From NCBI RefSeq assembly GCF_006345805.1, contig NW_021833584.1:8091-72090 (forward strand): a DNA stretch of 64,000 nt. The letters are read 5' to 3'. This DNA comes from Octopus sinensis. Its lineage: Eukaryota. The position numbers and the translations under genes are program-made. This document shows, one piece after another, positions 13,653 through 26,086 of the stretch. Within the stretch, counting starts at the first letter, position 1. Each line of letters opens with the position of its first letter. Below the pieces are notes generated by a model, which was not told where the DNA came from, searched no databases, and saw only the letters and a program-made list of their open reading frames with translations.

Positions 13653-15154
13653 AAACAAGCGAGCAGTGACATGTTGATTATTTAAGAGATTATTGATAAA
13701 TGAAATTTGCACTAACACGGGTACAGTTAATTTATTTCTCGGGGTAATTAAGCGTGACACAGAATGTGATAAAGCTTGATAGTTGAACGAAATACCTCGC
13801 AAGAAATATCATAGAGTAATCTCCCTTTTCTAAGTTTCTCGAAGCATCTGTGTCATGAGACGTGATTCTTAATTATTCAAGAAGCTTAGGGTTTCTCTTC
13901 GAAGTTTCTAGAATGACTAGCGTTCCATTAATAAAATCAGCTTGCTAACCCTGCTTTTCGCTTCTTAGTCGATTAGACTTACAGCCATTCACATCATTGT
14001 TATGTCTGTTTATTTCTCTAATTCACATGACTGAAAACTACAACTACAGCTGTTATTTCTATATTTTGTATCTGAACTTTCACACAAAAATAACTTCATT
14101 TATCTAGATTCTACATCGACCAGTAAATAAAATGTATTTTTATAAAGCAAATATACAGATCTTGAATTTATTCTTCATCTCTTTATGAACTCTTGTAATA
14201 ACATACACGCAGCCACATCAATATCTGGTACTGACTATACATATCCACTTCAGACTGAAGCACCTTGAAACAGAGAGACTTGCTTAAGGACGTGATGCTA
14301 TGTCGGGAATCGAGCTCACAGCCTTACTATGATGAGTTGAATACCCTAATCGCTAATCCACGCACATTCGCGATGTGTATCTATATGTATCTATCTATAT
14401 GTACACATGAACATTCACTCTCGTGGATGTCCGTATAAATGTGCTCACCCAGCCAGACCAAATTACTGCGTAGACGGACAGTCTTTGTTTCCACCGGTGT
14501 TAAAAATATTAGTTCTTTTGTAGGGCCATAAGTTCACAAAACTATCAACAGATTTTAAATATAGAAAATATTTGGCACAAAGTTTTCCTCTCTACTTCAA
14601 AAGTTTGTTTTACTAATTTATTTTTTTCTTTAAGAGGTAGTCAGACATAGTCTTTTTTGTGTATGTTTTGTATTGAACTGACTGTGAAGTAATAGATAGA
14701 TAGGTAGATAGATAGACTTGTTCAGAAGCCGCATCTTCACCTGAGCTGTATTAAAGTGCACAAACACACATACACGCACGGACGCAGACACAAACACAAA
14801 CACACGCACACGCGTAAATGTATATATATATATATGTGTGTGTATATATATATATATATATATACACATATATACATACATACTTATATACATATATATA
14901 TACATATATATGTATGTATGTGCAATTTACTGACATAAAATGTACTTCTGTATATGTTAAATTTACATAACTATATATATAATATATATATATGTGTGTG
15001 TGTGTGTATGTATATATATATATATATATATATATTTCACACTTTATCCAACACATGAGCGTATATGGAAGTATATATACTTGCATATGAATTATGTAAG
15101 TTGATATATGACTGTATGTGTTTATCTACAGACACACACGCATACACACATATA

Positions 15155-15220
<66 letters not shown>

Positions 15221-15284
15221 TAAGTATATATACATATAGATATATACAGATATATATGTGTATATATGTATATAGGTAGATTGT

Positions 15285-15330
<46 letters not shown>

Positions 15331-15333
15331 TAC

Positions 15334-15409
<76 letters not shown>

Positions 15410-15756
15410 GTGCGCCATTACTTAATGGATGTCTAAAACTACGTGTTCATAAAAGCGTGTGACATTAATGGGAAGCCAGAAAGTCTTTGTTTTTTGCGAT
15501 GCTAAAATATCAGTTTTTAAGGGCCACAAGTTCAGAAAACGTTCAAGATATTTTAAATATAGCAAAATCTTTGCACAGACCGTTTTTTTTTTGTTTGTCT
15601 ATGTTTCTCCTTGAAAAGTATATATAACAAAAAAATATATATTGTTTCTATAAATAATTGGCTTGAGTTTTTGTTTTGTCTTGTTGAGACAAACGAGTCA
15701 TAAAATATTGTCACAACTCTTGGACGTCACAACTGAATGCCTTTCTCTGTGATGGT

Positions 15757-16195
15757 TTGTGTGTGTTCGTGTGTGTACGTGTGTGTGTGTGCGTGTGCGT
15801 GAGTGCGTGCGTTAGTGAGTACTTCTGTGCGATTGTGTGTTATTGTGCATATGCGTGTGTTAGTGTGTACTTGTGTGCGATTGTGTGTTATTGTGTATGT
15901 GCGTGCGTTAGTGTGTATATGTTTGCGATTGTGTGTGTGCGTGCGTTAGTGCGTATTTGTGTGCGACTGCGTGTGATTGTGTGTGTGTGTGTGTGTGTTA
16001 GTGTGTATATGTGCGTGTGTTGTGTATGTGTGTCTGCGTGCGTTAGTGTGTATATGTGTGCAATTGTGTGGGGGGGGACGTTAGTGTAAATATGTGTGTG
16101 ATTGTGTGAGTGCGTAAGTTAGTGTGTATATGTGTGTGTGTGCGTTCGTTAGTGTGTATATGTGTATGATCGTGTGTGTGTATGTGTCTCAATTT
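15757..16195. repeat. Degenerate GT-rich minisatellite
   Basis: Recurrent gcgtgcgttagtgtgta...tgtgcgattgtgtg units in a (GT)n background. Confidence 0.75.
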
Positions 16196-16606
16196 TTGCT
16201 GGTGATGTGGATATTTTACACCTCAAGAATCGAGAGAAATCCGCCTTACCTATGTAGCTTTATTCAGTATGAACGTACACACGCACAACTGTGCATGTAT
16301 CCACAAGCACGCATGCGCCCACATCCCCATCCACACATACAAAGTTAAAGATCCCTTTCAGTCATAAATGAACACAGACCTGAACCTAGAAAATGCCCAT
16401 GTGAGGCACAAGCCCAAACGAGGACGTTTATGGGAGACCTACAGTCGTCCATGTATTGCAGCCTTCTCTCTCCTCGTCACCGATGTTATCCAAGAGAAGG
16501 GCCAAAGGGCCGATACAGCTTGGCACCGTTGACTTTGTGACTCATTTCTAGAGATGAGCTAACAGGACCAACGTGAAATAAAGTGTCAGAATATAAAATA
16601 TTGAAA

Positions 16607-16711
16607 GGGCGGCGAGCTGGCAGAATCGTTAGCACCCTGGGTGAAATGTTTTGCGGTATTTCATCTGTCTTTATGTTCTGAGTTCAAATTCCGCTGTGGT
16701 TGACTTTGCCT

Positions 16712-16764
<53 letters not shown>

Positions 16765-16905
16765 CAAGCAAAACGCCCCACGTCCAATTGACGGTGCTGA
16801 GTTGTCAAACATTTAAACCAGATTTTCTCAAAGGATGAAAGGCAAAGTCGACCACGGCGGAATTTGAACTCAGAACGTAAAGACAGATGAAATACCGCAA
16901 AACAT
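16607..16905. mobile_element. Two SINE-B fragments in opposite orientation (16607-16712 +, about 16826-16905 -)
   Basis: gggcggcgagctggcagaatcg...ctgagttcaaattccgc on plus; gcaaagtcgaccacggcggaatttgaactcagaacg is the reverse complement of the same region. Confidence 0.8.
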
Positions 16906-18062
16906 TATATATATATATTTATATATATACATATGCATATATGTATAAGCGGTGAACAAACCGGACCAAGGTTTCATTCTGCGTGTAGATTTTCCAACCG
17001 TGTAAGTTTCCTTGTTTTAATTAAATAGAGATGTAGTTTGTAGAGAGTAAGTGGTATATCCCATATAAATATTTCGACGCAGGTTAATGTATGCCATACA
17101 GCAAATGTCTTGTCATTGAAATGTCCCCGGAAAAAAATCACCAGTCGTCGGCATATCGAAATTAGTTCCCATCTTCCATAATTTGATTTCTGTATTTTTT
17201 TTATATTTAGCTTTAAATTTTCGTTAACGTTGTGAAATTTTAAAGATGGCAACACAGCTTCTATGCAAGACGTTTTCGTATACTTTTTATTATGTCTGTC
17301 ATAATGTGAAGTTTTAGATGTCTTCTAAACGTACTCAGGAAATCTTTGATCGAAAGGTACTTTTTTTTTATAAGCTTTGCTTCTATTTTGTTTCTCTCTG
17401 TCATATCCGTTTTGAAGACTGCTATATAATTTTATGTCTTTCAAAGCGAACATTGTTGCAGTATGGAATCATGAACGTTGAAGAATGTGTATCTATCGAG
17501 GTTTTGTTTTTTTTCTTCTTTTTTGCGTTCTTTGTTGTATTCTAATGTCTAATACAATACCTTTACTCATTTTACATATATTTACAATGTCGCAGGTTAT
17601 GCAACAGCTTCGCTGAGAATGGCGACGTAATGTGTGAAAAACGACCATATCCGTCGCCATTATCGCAAATGTTTCTTTCAAGTTTAAACACGGTTTTCTC
17701 TACTGTTTTACTTCTTTCATTATCTCCTTTCATCGCATCATCTAATAAATATTGAGAAAACATCAACTTTAAAGCAACATCCGCCTAATAAGCTAAAAGT
17801 TCTCTTTACAAAGGAGAGGGCATTTGTTGGCTTAAAAAAAATCTATACGACTAAACTAAACAGCAACAAGGCTGAAAGTGAATCTAACAATCACAAAATG
17901 CGCTAACGAGAAAGCCGTTAGCCGATCGGTAAGACCTGCTAGAAATAACAGCCAAACTTATAAACGATATTCCACATTCTAAATATGCAAGAAAATTTAG
18001 TTGGGTTAAATTGCTCCCATTTGTGAGGGGTGAGTTGATGGGAACGTTTTCGGATATATTTC

Positions 18063-18418
18063 ATCAGGCGTTGCTGTGTAGTAAGAAGCTTGTTTCCAAA
18101 CTACATGGTTCCGGGTTCATCCCCAATGTGTAGTATCTTGGGCAAGTGTCTTCTATTGTAGCCTCGGATCGAACATAGCCTTGTGAGTGGATTTGGTAGA
18201 CAGAAACTGAAAGAAGTACGTCGTGTATACACACACATACACACACACACACACCAAATATATATATATATATATGTCTTTGTGTCTGTGCTTGTCGCCC
18301 CACCATCGCTTGACATCCGCTGTTGGTGTGTTTATGTCCACATAACGAAGTAGTTCGGCAAACGTGACCGACAGAATAAGTACTCGTCTCTCAAAAAATA
18401 AGTCCTGGAATCTTTTTC
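18063..18418 (+). mobile_element. SINE-A with its tail interrupted by a SINE-B insertion
   Basis: Head, internal (CA)/(TA) tract and body; tail remnant resumes at about 18684 (ccatgccccagcatcgcc). Confidence 0.8.
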
Positions 18419-18434
18419 TTCGACTAAAAATACC

Positions 18435-18667
18435 TATTTCTTTACTACCCACAAGGTGCTAAATACAGAGGTAACAAACAAGGACAGACAAACGGATGAA
18501 GTTGATTATATCGACCCCACTGCGTAACTGGTACTTAATTTATCGACCCCGAAAGGATGAAAGGCAAAGTCGACCTCGGCGGAATTTGAACTCAGAACAT
18601 AGCGGCAGACGAAATACCGCTAAGCATTTCGCTCGGTGTGCTAACGTTTCTGCCAGCTCACCGCCTT
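18435..18667 (-). mobile_element. Full-length SINE-B with 16-bp TSD
   Basis: TSD ttcgactaaaaatacc at 18419-18434 and 18668-18683. Confidence 0.9.
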
Positions 18668-19055
18668 TTCGACTAAAAATACCTTTAAGGCCATGCCCCA
18701 GCATCGCCGGACACAATCTCTGATATGAAAAGCGCAACATTGAACAATGTAGTCCAAGCTACATTGCGCCTAAATGCGTTCTAATACAGTTCTAGATATG
18801 CAAAAGAGACGACGCAGTCGGAGGTGGGTGATCGATTTGGTTATAGGTTTAATTGATTAGAGTCGATTTCTGAAAAGCTAACAACAGCAACGACATTAAA
18901 AGCAACAACAAATGCAATCACACATAATATCGATATTGTAGAAAACATTTTAAAATCTAAATATTGAAAGATAAAGAAGAATTGTTGATACTTTTTTGCC
19001 AACATGTCACGACTATGAAATCGATTAATCGATTAATCCAATGTCAAGATTATTG

Positions 19056-19105
<50 letters not shown>

Positions 19106-19153
19106 GTATAATCCTTCTTCTTATTCTCTTCTTCTCTTCTTTCTTATTATATT

Positions 19154-19185
<32 letters not shown>

Positions 19186-19219
19186 ATTATTATCATTATT
19201 ATCATTATTATTATGTTAT

Positions 19220-19258
<39 letters not shown>

Positions 19259-19331
19259 TATATTATTCTTATTATTGTTATGTTATTATTATTATTATTA
19301 TCATCATATTATCATTATTATTATTATTATC

Positions 19332-19363
<32 letters not shown>

Positions 19364-19416
19364 CATTATTATCATTATTATCATTATTATTATTGTTATC
19401 ATTATATTATTATTAT

Positions 19417-19448
<32 letters not shown>

Positions 19449-19487
19449 GTAGTAGTAGTAGTATAGTAGTAGTAGTAGTAGTAGTAG

Positions 19488-19640
19488 CACGTCGAGCGAA
19501 ATGCTTAGCGGTATTTCTCCCGTCGTCACTTTCTGAGTTCAAATTCCGCCGAGGTTGACTTTGACTTTCATCCTTTCGGGGTCGATTAAATAAATACCAG
19601 CTACGCACTGGGGTTGATGTAATGGACTTAATCCCCTCCC
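19488..19640 (+). mobile_element. SINE-B, 5'-clipped
   Basis: gcgaaatgcttagcggtatttc...ctgagttcaaattccgccgaggttgactttgactttcatcctttcggggtcg. Confidence 0.8.
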
Positions 19641-20005
19641 TTAAGCTGCCCTTTGGCAAATATTTGAAATGATAACAATGACAACATCCGACGTGCCACC
19701 AGTTCAACCCGCCCATTACCACCGGATGGCTACTTTTTATTATCCACCCGAAACGATGAAACACACTGCTTACCTCGGACGAATTTGAACTCAGTATTCA
19801 GACAGTTGAAACAAATGGAGATATTTCATCAAATTAACGATTCTATCAATACTCTGCTTCTTTGAGTTGCTCGTAAATATTCTAAGACACACAACAACGA
19901 TGTCATGTGACTACATAATTCAGCTGTGTTATTGGTCCGCATTTTATGTGTATGAATACGTACGAGATTTCTCTCCGTGCAATACATTCTTCTGAACTAC
20001 CTTTT

Positions 20006-20320
20006 TGTGGAGGCGCAATGGCCAAGTGGTTAGGGCAGCGGACTCGCGATCGGAGGATCGCGGTTTCGATTCTCAGACCGGGCGTTTATTTATGTGTATT
20101 TATTGAGTGAAAACACCTAAAAGCTCCACGAGGCTCCGGCAGGGGGGGGGCGACCCCTGTTGTACTCTTTCGCCACAACCTTCGCTCATTCTCTCTTCCT
20201 GTTTCTTGAGTAACGCTGTGATGGACTGGCGTCCCGTCCTGCTGGGGTGGGGGGAACACATATGGCACAGAAACCGGGAAACCGGTCCCATGAGCCTGGC
20301 TACGCTCGAATAGGGCGAAA
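20006..20320 (+). mobile_element. SINE-C variant
   Basis: tgtggaggcgcaatggccaagtggttagggcagcggactcgcg...ggtttcgattctc head; tail gaaaccgggaaaccggtcccatgagcc. Confidence 0.85.
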
Positions 20321-21064
20321 ATAAAGAAAAAAAGAACTACCAGTTGCGTATATTTATTCAAGCAATCTCTATGTTCTCTGCGGTTCTCCTACCTCACACG
20401 TTTTTCTGAGACTCCACCAATATTACAGGTTTGTTTATCTATTTGTCTGCATCGATTTTTAATCATTTCTACGACTCTTATAATTACATGGATTGTTTCT
20501 CCTTTCAAACTCTCCAACTTTCTTATCTTTATTTTTTTTTCTTAGATTCCTACATACAATTATATCTTATTTTCTACACCTTTGTTTCAAATATACGTTA
20601 TCGTCTTCCGTCTGTAGAGACTTTTATTTCAATGATAAAGATACAGAACGCTTTGTTAATAATATTATCATTGCTGATTTCTAGTGTGACTTAAAATCTG
20701 AAATCGCGTAGAGAAGTAATTATATACAACTAAAGAAAAAAAACAAAAGATACTTTAGAAAAAGTTTGTTCCCAGCGGAGCTTCTACCCCCTGCCACGAA
20801 CGAATTAGATATTTGCGATTTTTGCATCGAACTTCGAAGTTCATCTAACTTTTATCTTGAACGATTCGACACACATTTATTGTATCAGTTTCTCAACTAT
20901 CACTAAATATTCTTATGTAGATGTGTCTGTCTATGTATGCATATAAGTTTATATGAGTGTATATATATATATGTGTGTGCGTGTGTGTGTGTGTGTGAGT
21001 GTGTGTTTGTATTATGTATATAATTAGGATAAATATATGTATCTCTCTCTCTCTCTCTCTCTCT

Positions 21065-21096
<32 letters not shown>

Positions 21097-21117
21097 GTAT
21101 ATATATATATATATAAT

Positions 21118-21313
21118 CATGGGCCCAGTTTCCCGGTTTCTATGGCGTAGTTGTTCCCCAGTGGTAACGCATTTTTGCCAACTGAGTGGACTGGAGCAAC
21201 GTGAAATGAAGTGTTTTGCTCAAGAGCACAATGCATCGCCCGGTCCAGGAATCGAAACCACAATCATACGATCATGATGCCGACATTCTAACCACTAAGC
21301 CACACACCTCCAC
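21118..21313 (-). mobile_element. tRNA-headed SINE with CORE-like segment
   Basis: Reverse complement shows gcttagtggttag A-box, gtttcgattcctgg B-box, ttgagcaaaacacttcatttcac and tail gaaaccgggaaactgggcccatga. Confidence 0.75.
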
Positions 21314-21344
21314 ACACACATATATATATACATATACATATATT

Positions 21345-21386
<42 letters not shown>

Positions 21387-21475
21387 CCTAGAAAAAATGT
21401 AATGACGGTTAAAACTGTACGAGACAAAGAAAATAAATATTTTATACATGCATCAATATAAATATACAAGTTCTA

Positions 21476-22046
21476 TGTGGAGGCACCATGGCCCAGTGGT
21501 TAGGGCAGCAGACTCGCGGTCTTAGGATTGCGGTTCCGATTCCCAGACCGTTCGTTGTGAGTTTATTGAGCAAAAACACCCAAAAACTCTGCACGAGGCA
21601 CCGGCAGCGGATGGTTGCGAACCCTGCTGTATTCTTTCAACACAACTTTCTCTCACTCGTTCTTCCTGTTTCTGCTGTACCTGTATTTCAAAGGGACCAG
21701 CCTTGTCACGCTTGCCAGCTCGCCGCCTTAACTTAAATATATATTTGTTCCTTCTCAAGCCACTCCTGGCTCATAAGGGCCGGTTTTCTGGTTTCCTTGG
21801 CGTATAGGTTCCCCACCAGGACGGGACACCGGTCTGTCGCAGGTGAGCTGCAAGATGCAGGAAGAAAGAGTGAGAGAAAGTTGTGGCCGAAGAGCCAGCA
21901 GTAGTTCGCCATTACCTTCTGCTGGAGCCGCGTGGAGCTTAGGTGTCTTCGCTCATAAACATACACATCGCCCGGTCTAAGATTCGAACCCGCGATCCCT
22001 CGACCACGAGACCGCTGCTCTAACCACTAGGTCATGTGCCTCCACA
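21476..22046. mobile_element. Tail-to-tail pair of SINE-C copies (21476-21710 +; about 21743-22046 -)
   Basis: Both start tgtggaggcac..; shared head and cacaactttctctcactc segment in inverted orientation. Confidence 0.85.
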
Positions 22047-22567
22047 ACTAAAACATAATGTAAGCTATTTCTTTTACTACGCAAAGGATTCTGCCAAAAG
22101 ACCACCCATGCAAATTGCTCCTAATATTGGCAAAGGAACAGAAACTTCGTGCGAAAGGAATGCATAATTATATCGATGTCAGATCTGTATCGGATCCTTA
22201 TTTTAGCGAACACGGAATGATGAAAAGCTAAAGAAAATTCGACAGAAGAATTTTAAATCGGAATCTAATGATCTGAATCAATACAGGGTGGAATGGCAAA
22301 TGCTCTGTTGTAACAAATTCTTGGCTGTTGATTGCTATTATTTAATGCATAAGGAATTTGGCAGCAATTTTTGGATATAAGAATTAGTATACATTGCGTG
22401 AGGACGGCGAATTAACAGAAACAGTGAAGCGTTGAACGAAATGCTTAGCTGAGCTTCTTTCGGTTCCTTACGTAATGAGCCTCATATCCTGTCAAGGTCA
22501 ACTTAGCATTTTATCCTTTTGAGGTCTATAAATAAGTAACAGGTGAACATTGGGTTCATTATTATAT

Positions 22568-23170
22568 AAGGCGGCGAGCTGGCAGAATCGTTAGCTCGCC
22601 GGGCGAAGTGCTTAGCCGTATTTCGTCTGCCGTTACGTTCTGAGTTCAAATTCCGCCGAGGTCGACTTTGCCTTTCATCCTTTCGGGGTCGATAAATTAA
22701 GTACCAATTACGCACTGCGGTCGATGTAATCGACTTAATCCGTTTGTCTGTCCTTGTTTGTGCCCTCTGTGTTTAGCCCCTTGTGGTTAGTAAAGAAATA
22801 GGTATTTCGTCTGTCTTCATGTTCTGTGTGCAAATTCCGCCAAGGTCGACTTTGCCTTTCATCCTTTCGGGGTCGATAAATTAAGTACGAGTTACGCACT
22901 GGGGTCGATATAATCGACTTAATCCGTTTGCCTGCCCTTGTTTGTCCTCTCTGTGTTTAGTCCCTTGTGGGTAGTAAAGAAATAGGTATTTTGTCTGCCG
23001 TTACGTTCTGAGTTCAAATTCCGCCGAGGTCGACTTTGCATTTCATCCTTTCGGGGTCGATTAAATAAGTACCAGTTACGCACTGGGGTCGATCTAATCG
23101 ACTTAATCCGTTTGTCTGTCCTTGTTGTGCCCCCTCTGTAGTTTATCCCCTTGTGGGTTGTAAAGAAATA
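22568..23170 (+). mobile_element. SINE-B head followed by three tandem 184-bp body units
   Basis: Units start at gtattt positions 22618, 22802 and 22986; each junction reads taaagaaata-ggtattt(c/t)gtctg. Confidence 0.9.
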
Positions 23171-23264
23171 GATATATTAACTCCCTCCAGCCAAAATTGC
23201 TCATCATTCGCCACAAATTGAAACCATTATAGATTTTGAGTAAAAAGACAATGGGATTGTAATA

Positions 23265-23585
23265 CAGGGTGTTCAAAACGTCTCTCCGCAGTGAATTTTC
23301 TTTCATTCTGCGCATCACCATGGCGCTACTTCATGGGTTTAACGGTGAACGAATTATTTCGAAGGGTCTTTGGCCACCAAGAATACCTGGTTTAATACCA
23401 CCAGACTTTCTTTTCTGGGTGTGCAAGTAAAGGATCAGAGCGCAAGAATCGCCTGAAAACCATCAAATACTTACTGCGGAGAGAGGTTTTGAACAACCTA
23501 TACAATACATCTTTATGGAAAAAGTTGAGCCAAAACAATAATGAAAAGAGAGAGTAGTGGAATACGTTCCCTGCAGAGGTCAAGG
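23265..23585 (+). mobile_element. Tc1/mariner transposon relic (internally deleted)
   Basis: TA-preceded cagggtgttcaaaa end, then ERIISKGLWPPRIPGLIPPDFLFW, a degenerate WPPRSPDLNPxDFFLWG mariner motif; right TIR not found. Confidence 0.65.
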
Positions 23586-24524
23586 GTGTTCAATGCGTCC
23601 CTAAGCAGGCAGGGGGTTTAACATTGCTGTGGGTATTTCTTCGGGACACGGGGCAGGTTGGACATGATATCGGTTGTAAGTGACGTGACATGGGTATAAA
23701 CGATCGGCGCCATATCAGAAATATTTCGCTGTATCTTCTTTTGAAGGTAGTTACAGATTAAGTTGTAAATCCACAAACCCCTGCAAAAGGACGAAACTCT
23801 GATCTCAAATCAGCAAAGTGATAGCGGCAAAATGGCTGTGCCAAAACGTCTTCTAAAATTTTGATTCTCCTCTCTCCTATTTCATCCTAATTGTCATTCT
23901 CTCAAAGATTTGCAAGCGAGTTGTGTACCCAGAGAAACTATTCATTTTGGGGAGTACAAATGGTTAGAGAGTAGATGTTATTGTTACTTCCATTCTAAGT
24001 ACTCCATGCTCCGTTGTTTTACGTTCCCCATCAGTTGCAGGAAATTTACTCAAACATAGACAATGTAAAATTTTCCTGTTTTTCCCTTTATTACCCCTGC
24101 TATTTTAACCCCAAAATAAAGATCCTCTTTCAAGCATTGGGTACTCTTCTACAAAATTTTATTGCAGTAGTTTCACTTTAAACTTTCTGTCACTTATGCC
24201 GATAATACATGTTTTGCCAATGGAGGCTGTCACCATTCTACTTCGATTGTGTTTTACCGTACACAATTTTGTTTGTGTGCGAACGTATGTAAGTGTGTGT
24301 GTGTGTGTGTGTGTGTGTTCAGAGATAAAGCTTTGAACAATTTAAGAGGAAGAAGATCGTGTGATGTAAAGAGAAACAAAGAAAGGCAAGGAGGTGTAAT
24401 GAAACGGGAGAGAGAGAGGAGGGAAGAGGGAGTCAGTCCTTTGGTTAATATTTGATTGATGAATTTCCATAATTGATTGTGGTATTTCATCCCCTCACTC
24501 TCTCACACTCTAAAACATTTCTAC

Positions 24525-24541
24525 TACTACTACTACTACTA

Positions 24542-24582
<41 letters not shown>

Positions 24583-25006
24583 ATAATAATAATAATAATA
24601 ATACAACCACCAACACCACTATCACTACTACTATTACTACTATTATTATTACTACTACAACCACCAACACAACCACCACTACTAATACTACTACTACCAC
24701 CACCACCACCACCACTAGTACTACTATCACCACCACAACTACTACTACTGCCGCCACTACCACCATCACGACTACTAATATTACTACTACTACCGCCACT
24801 ACCACCATCACTACTACTACTACTATAGCTACTACTAATATAGCTACTACTACTAATACTAATACTAGTAGTGCTGCTGATGCAAATTTTACTACAACTA
24901 CTATTACAGCTACTACTACTACTACTATTACTACTAGCAGCAATCCTGCTGTTGCTGCTGCTACTACTGCTGCTGCTGTCCCTATTGCTACTGCTGCTGC
25001 ATACAC
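24525..25006. repeat. Cryptic trinucleotide tract (ACT/AAT/ACC/GCT)
   Basis: Visible directly; gives the poly-T/poly-S ORFs. Confidence 0.9.
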
Positions 25007-25324
25007 TTAGGACGAGACTAGGCCAATCAATAGAGGACTCTAGCCGTTTATCGATAATCATCTATTCATTAAATCGATTAGGTTATTCACATCCAGCAAT
25101 CTGTGAAGCGTGATAGGTTTAATGAATTTTTCACTGCTCACAGCAACCAATTCTTAAATCAAAGACTTTCGCCCTGTGGCCAATCAATGGCTTAATAGCA
25201 AACAAATATTGTTCTCTCTTGTTACGGCGTTGCTTGCTGCTGGTAGTGCGCCGCATCGTTTGTATTCGATAACAGTCAAACTTCAAGATTGAGTTGACTG
25301 CGTAGAATGTCATCGAGTTGCGTA

Positions 25325-25918
25325 TAGATAAGTTTCTTTATTGGCCACACAGGGCTGCACACAGATGGGACAAGTTACAAGGTAGAGCTTTTCTTTTGGG
25401 GGATGAAGAGAACAAAAAACAAAAGAAAAAAAAAGGGGGTGGCGTAGGTTTTCGATCAAGAGGGATCGTAAAAGGGAAGAAAAGAACAAAAAGAAATTTG
25501 AATGAAATAAAAGGAATAAAAAGAAAAAAAAAGAAAAGGAAAAGGAACAAAAGGAAAGAGAAATGAAAAAAGAAGAAAAAAGGGGGAAAAAGGGGGAAGA
25601 GGAAAAAAAAACGATCAATAGGGATCGTGTATCACAGTGTTATGATATATGGTGTAAAGGGGAAAGCAAGTAAGGTTTATCCGTGGGAAGAAAAGCCTAC
25701 GAAAAAGACCACGGTAACCTTGGTCAATATTGTTATATGTTACCACATTTGTTTGCAAGTGGGTAACCCTCTGTTTTCAATTTCTGGGTTCATAGGATTA
25801 TGCTCAAGGTGGCTTCGTCATTCATACGTGCCATCCTTGCTACATTCACCCATCTTTTTTTAAAACATTCGCTAGACAAAACTTGCCTCTCTACTCTCAC
25901 TTTTCAAGTGGTACTTGA
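25325..25918 (-). mobile_element. Tx1/L1-clade LINE, short 5'-truncated copy (ORF2 C-terminus + 3'UTR)
   Basis: Homologous to 26087-26560; AATAAA at 25337-25342 (minus) followed by TATCTAT; 5' junction lies directly in the (TATC)n tract. Confidence 0.85.

Positions 25919-26086
<168 letters not shown>

Noticed and set aside
17572-17766. 64-aa minus ORF as a possible exon
   Set aside because: No recognisable domain; retained only as part of the CpG-rich regulatory candidate.
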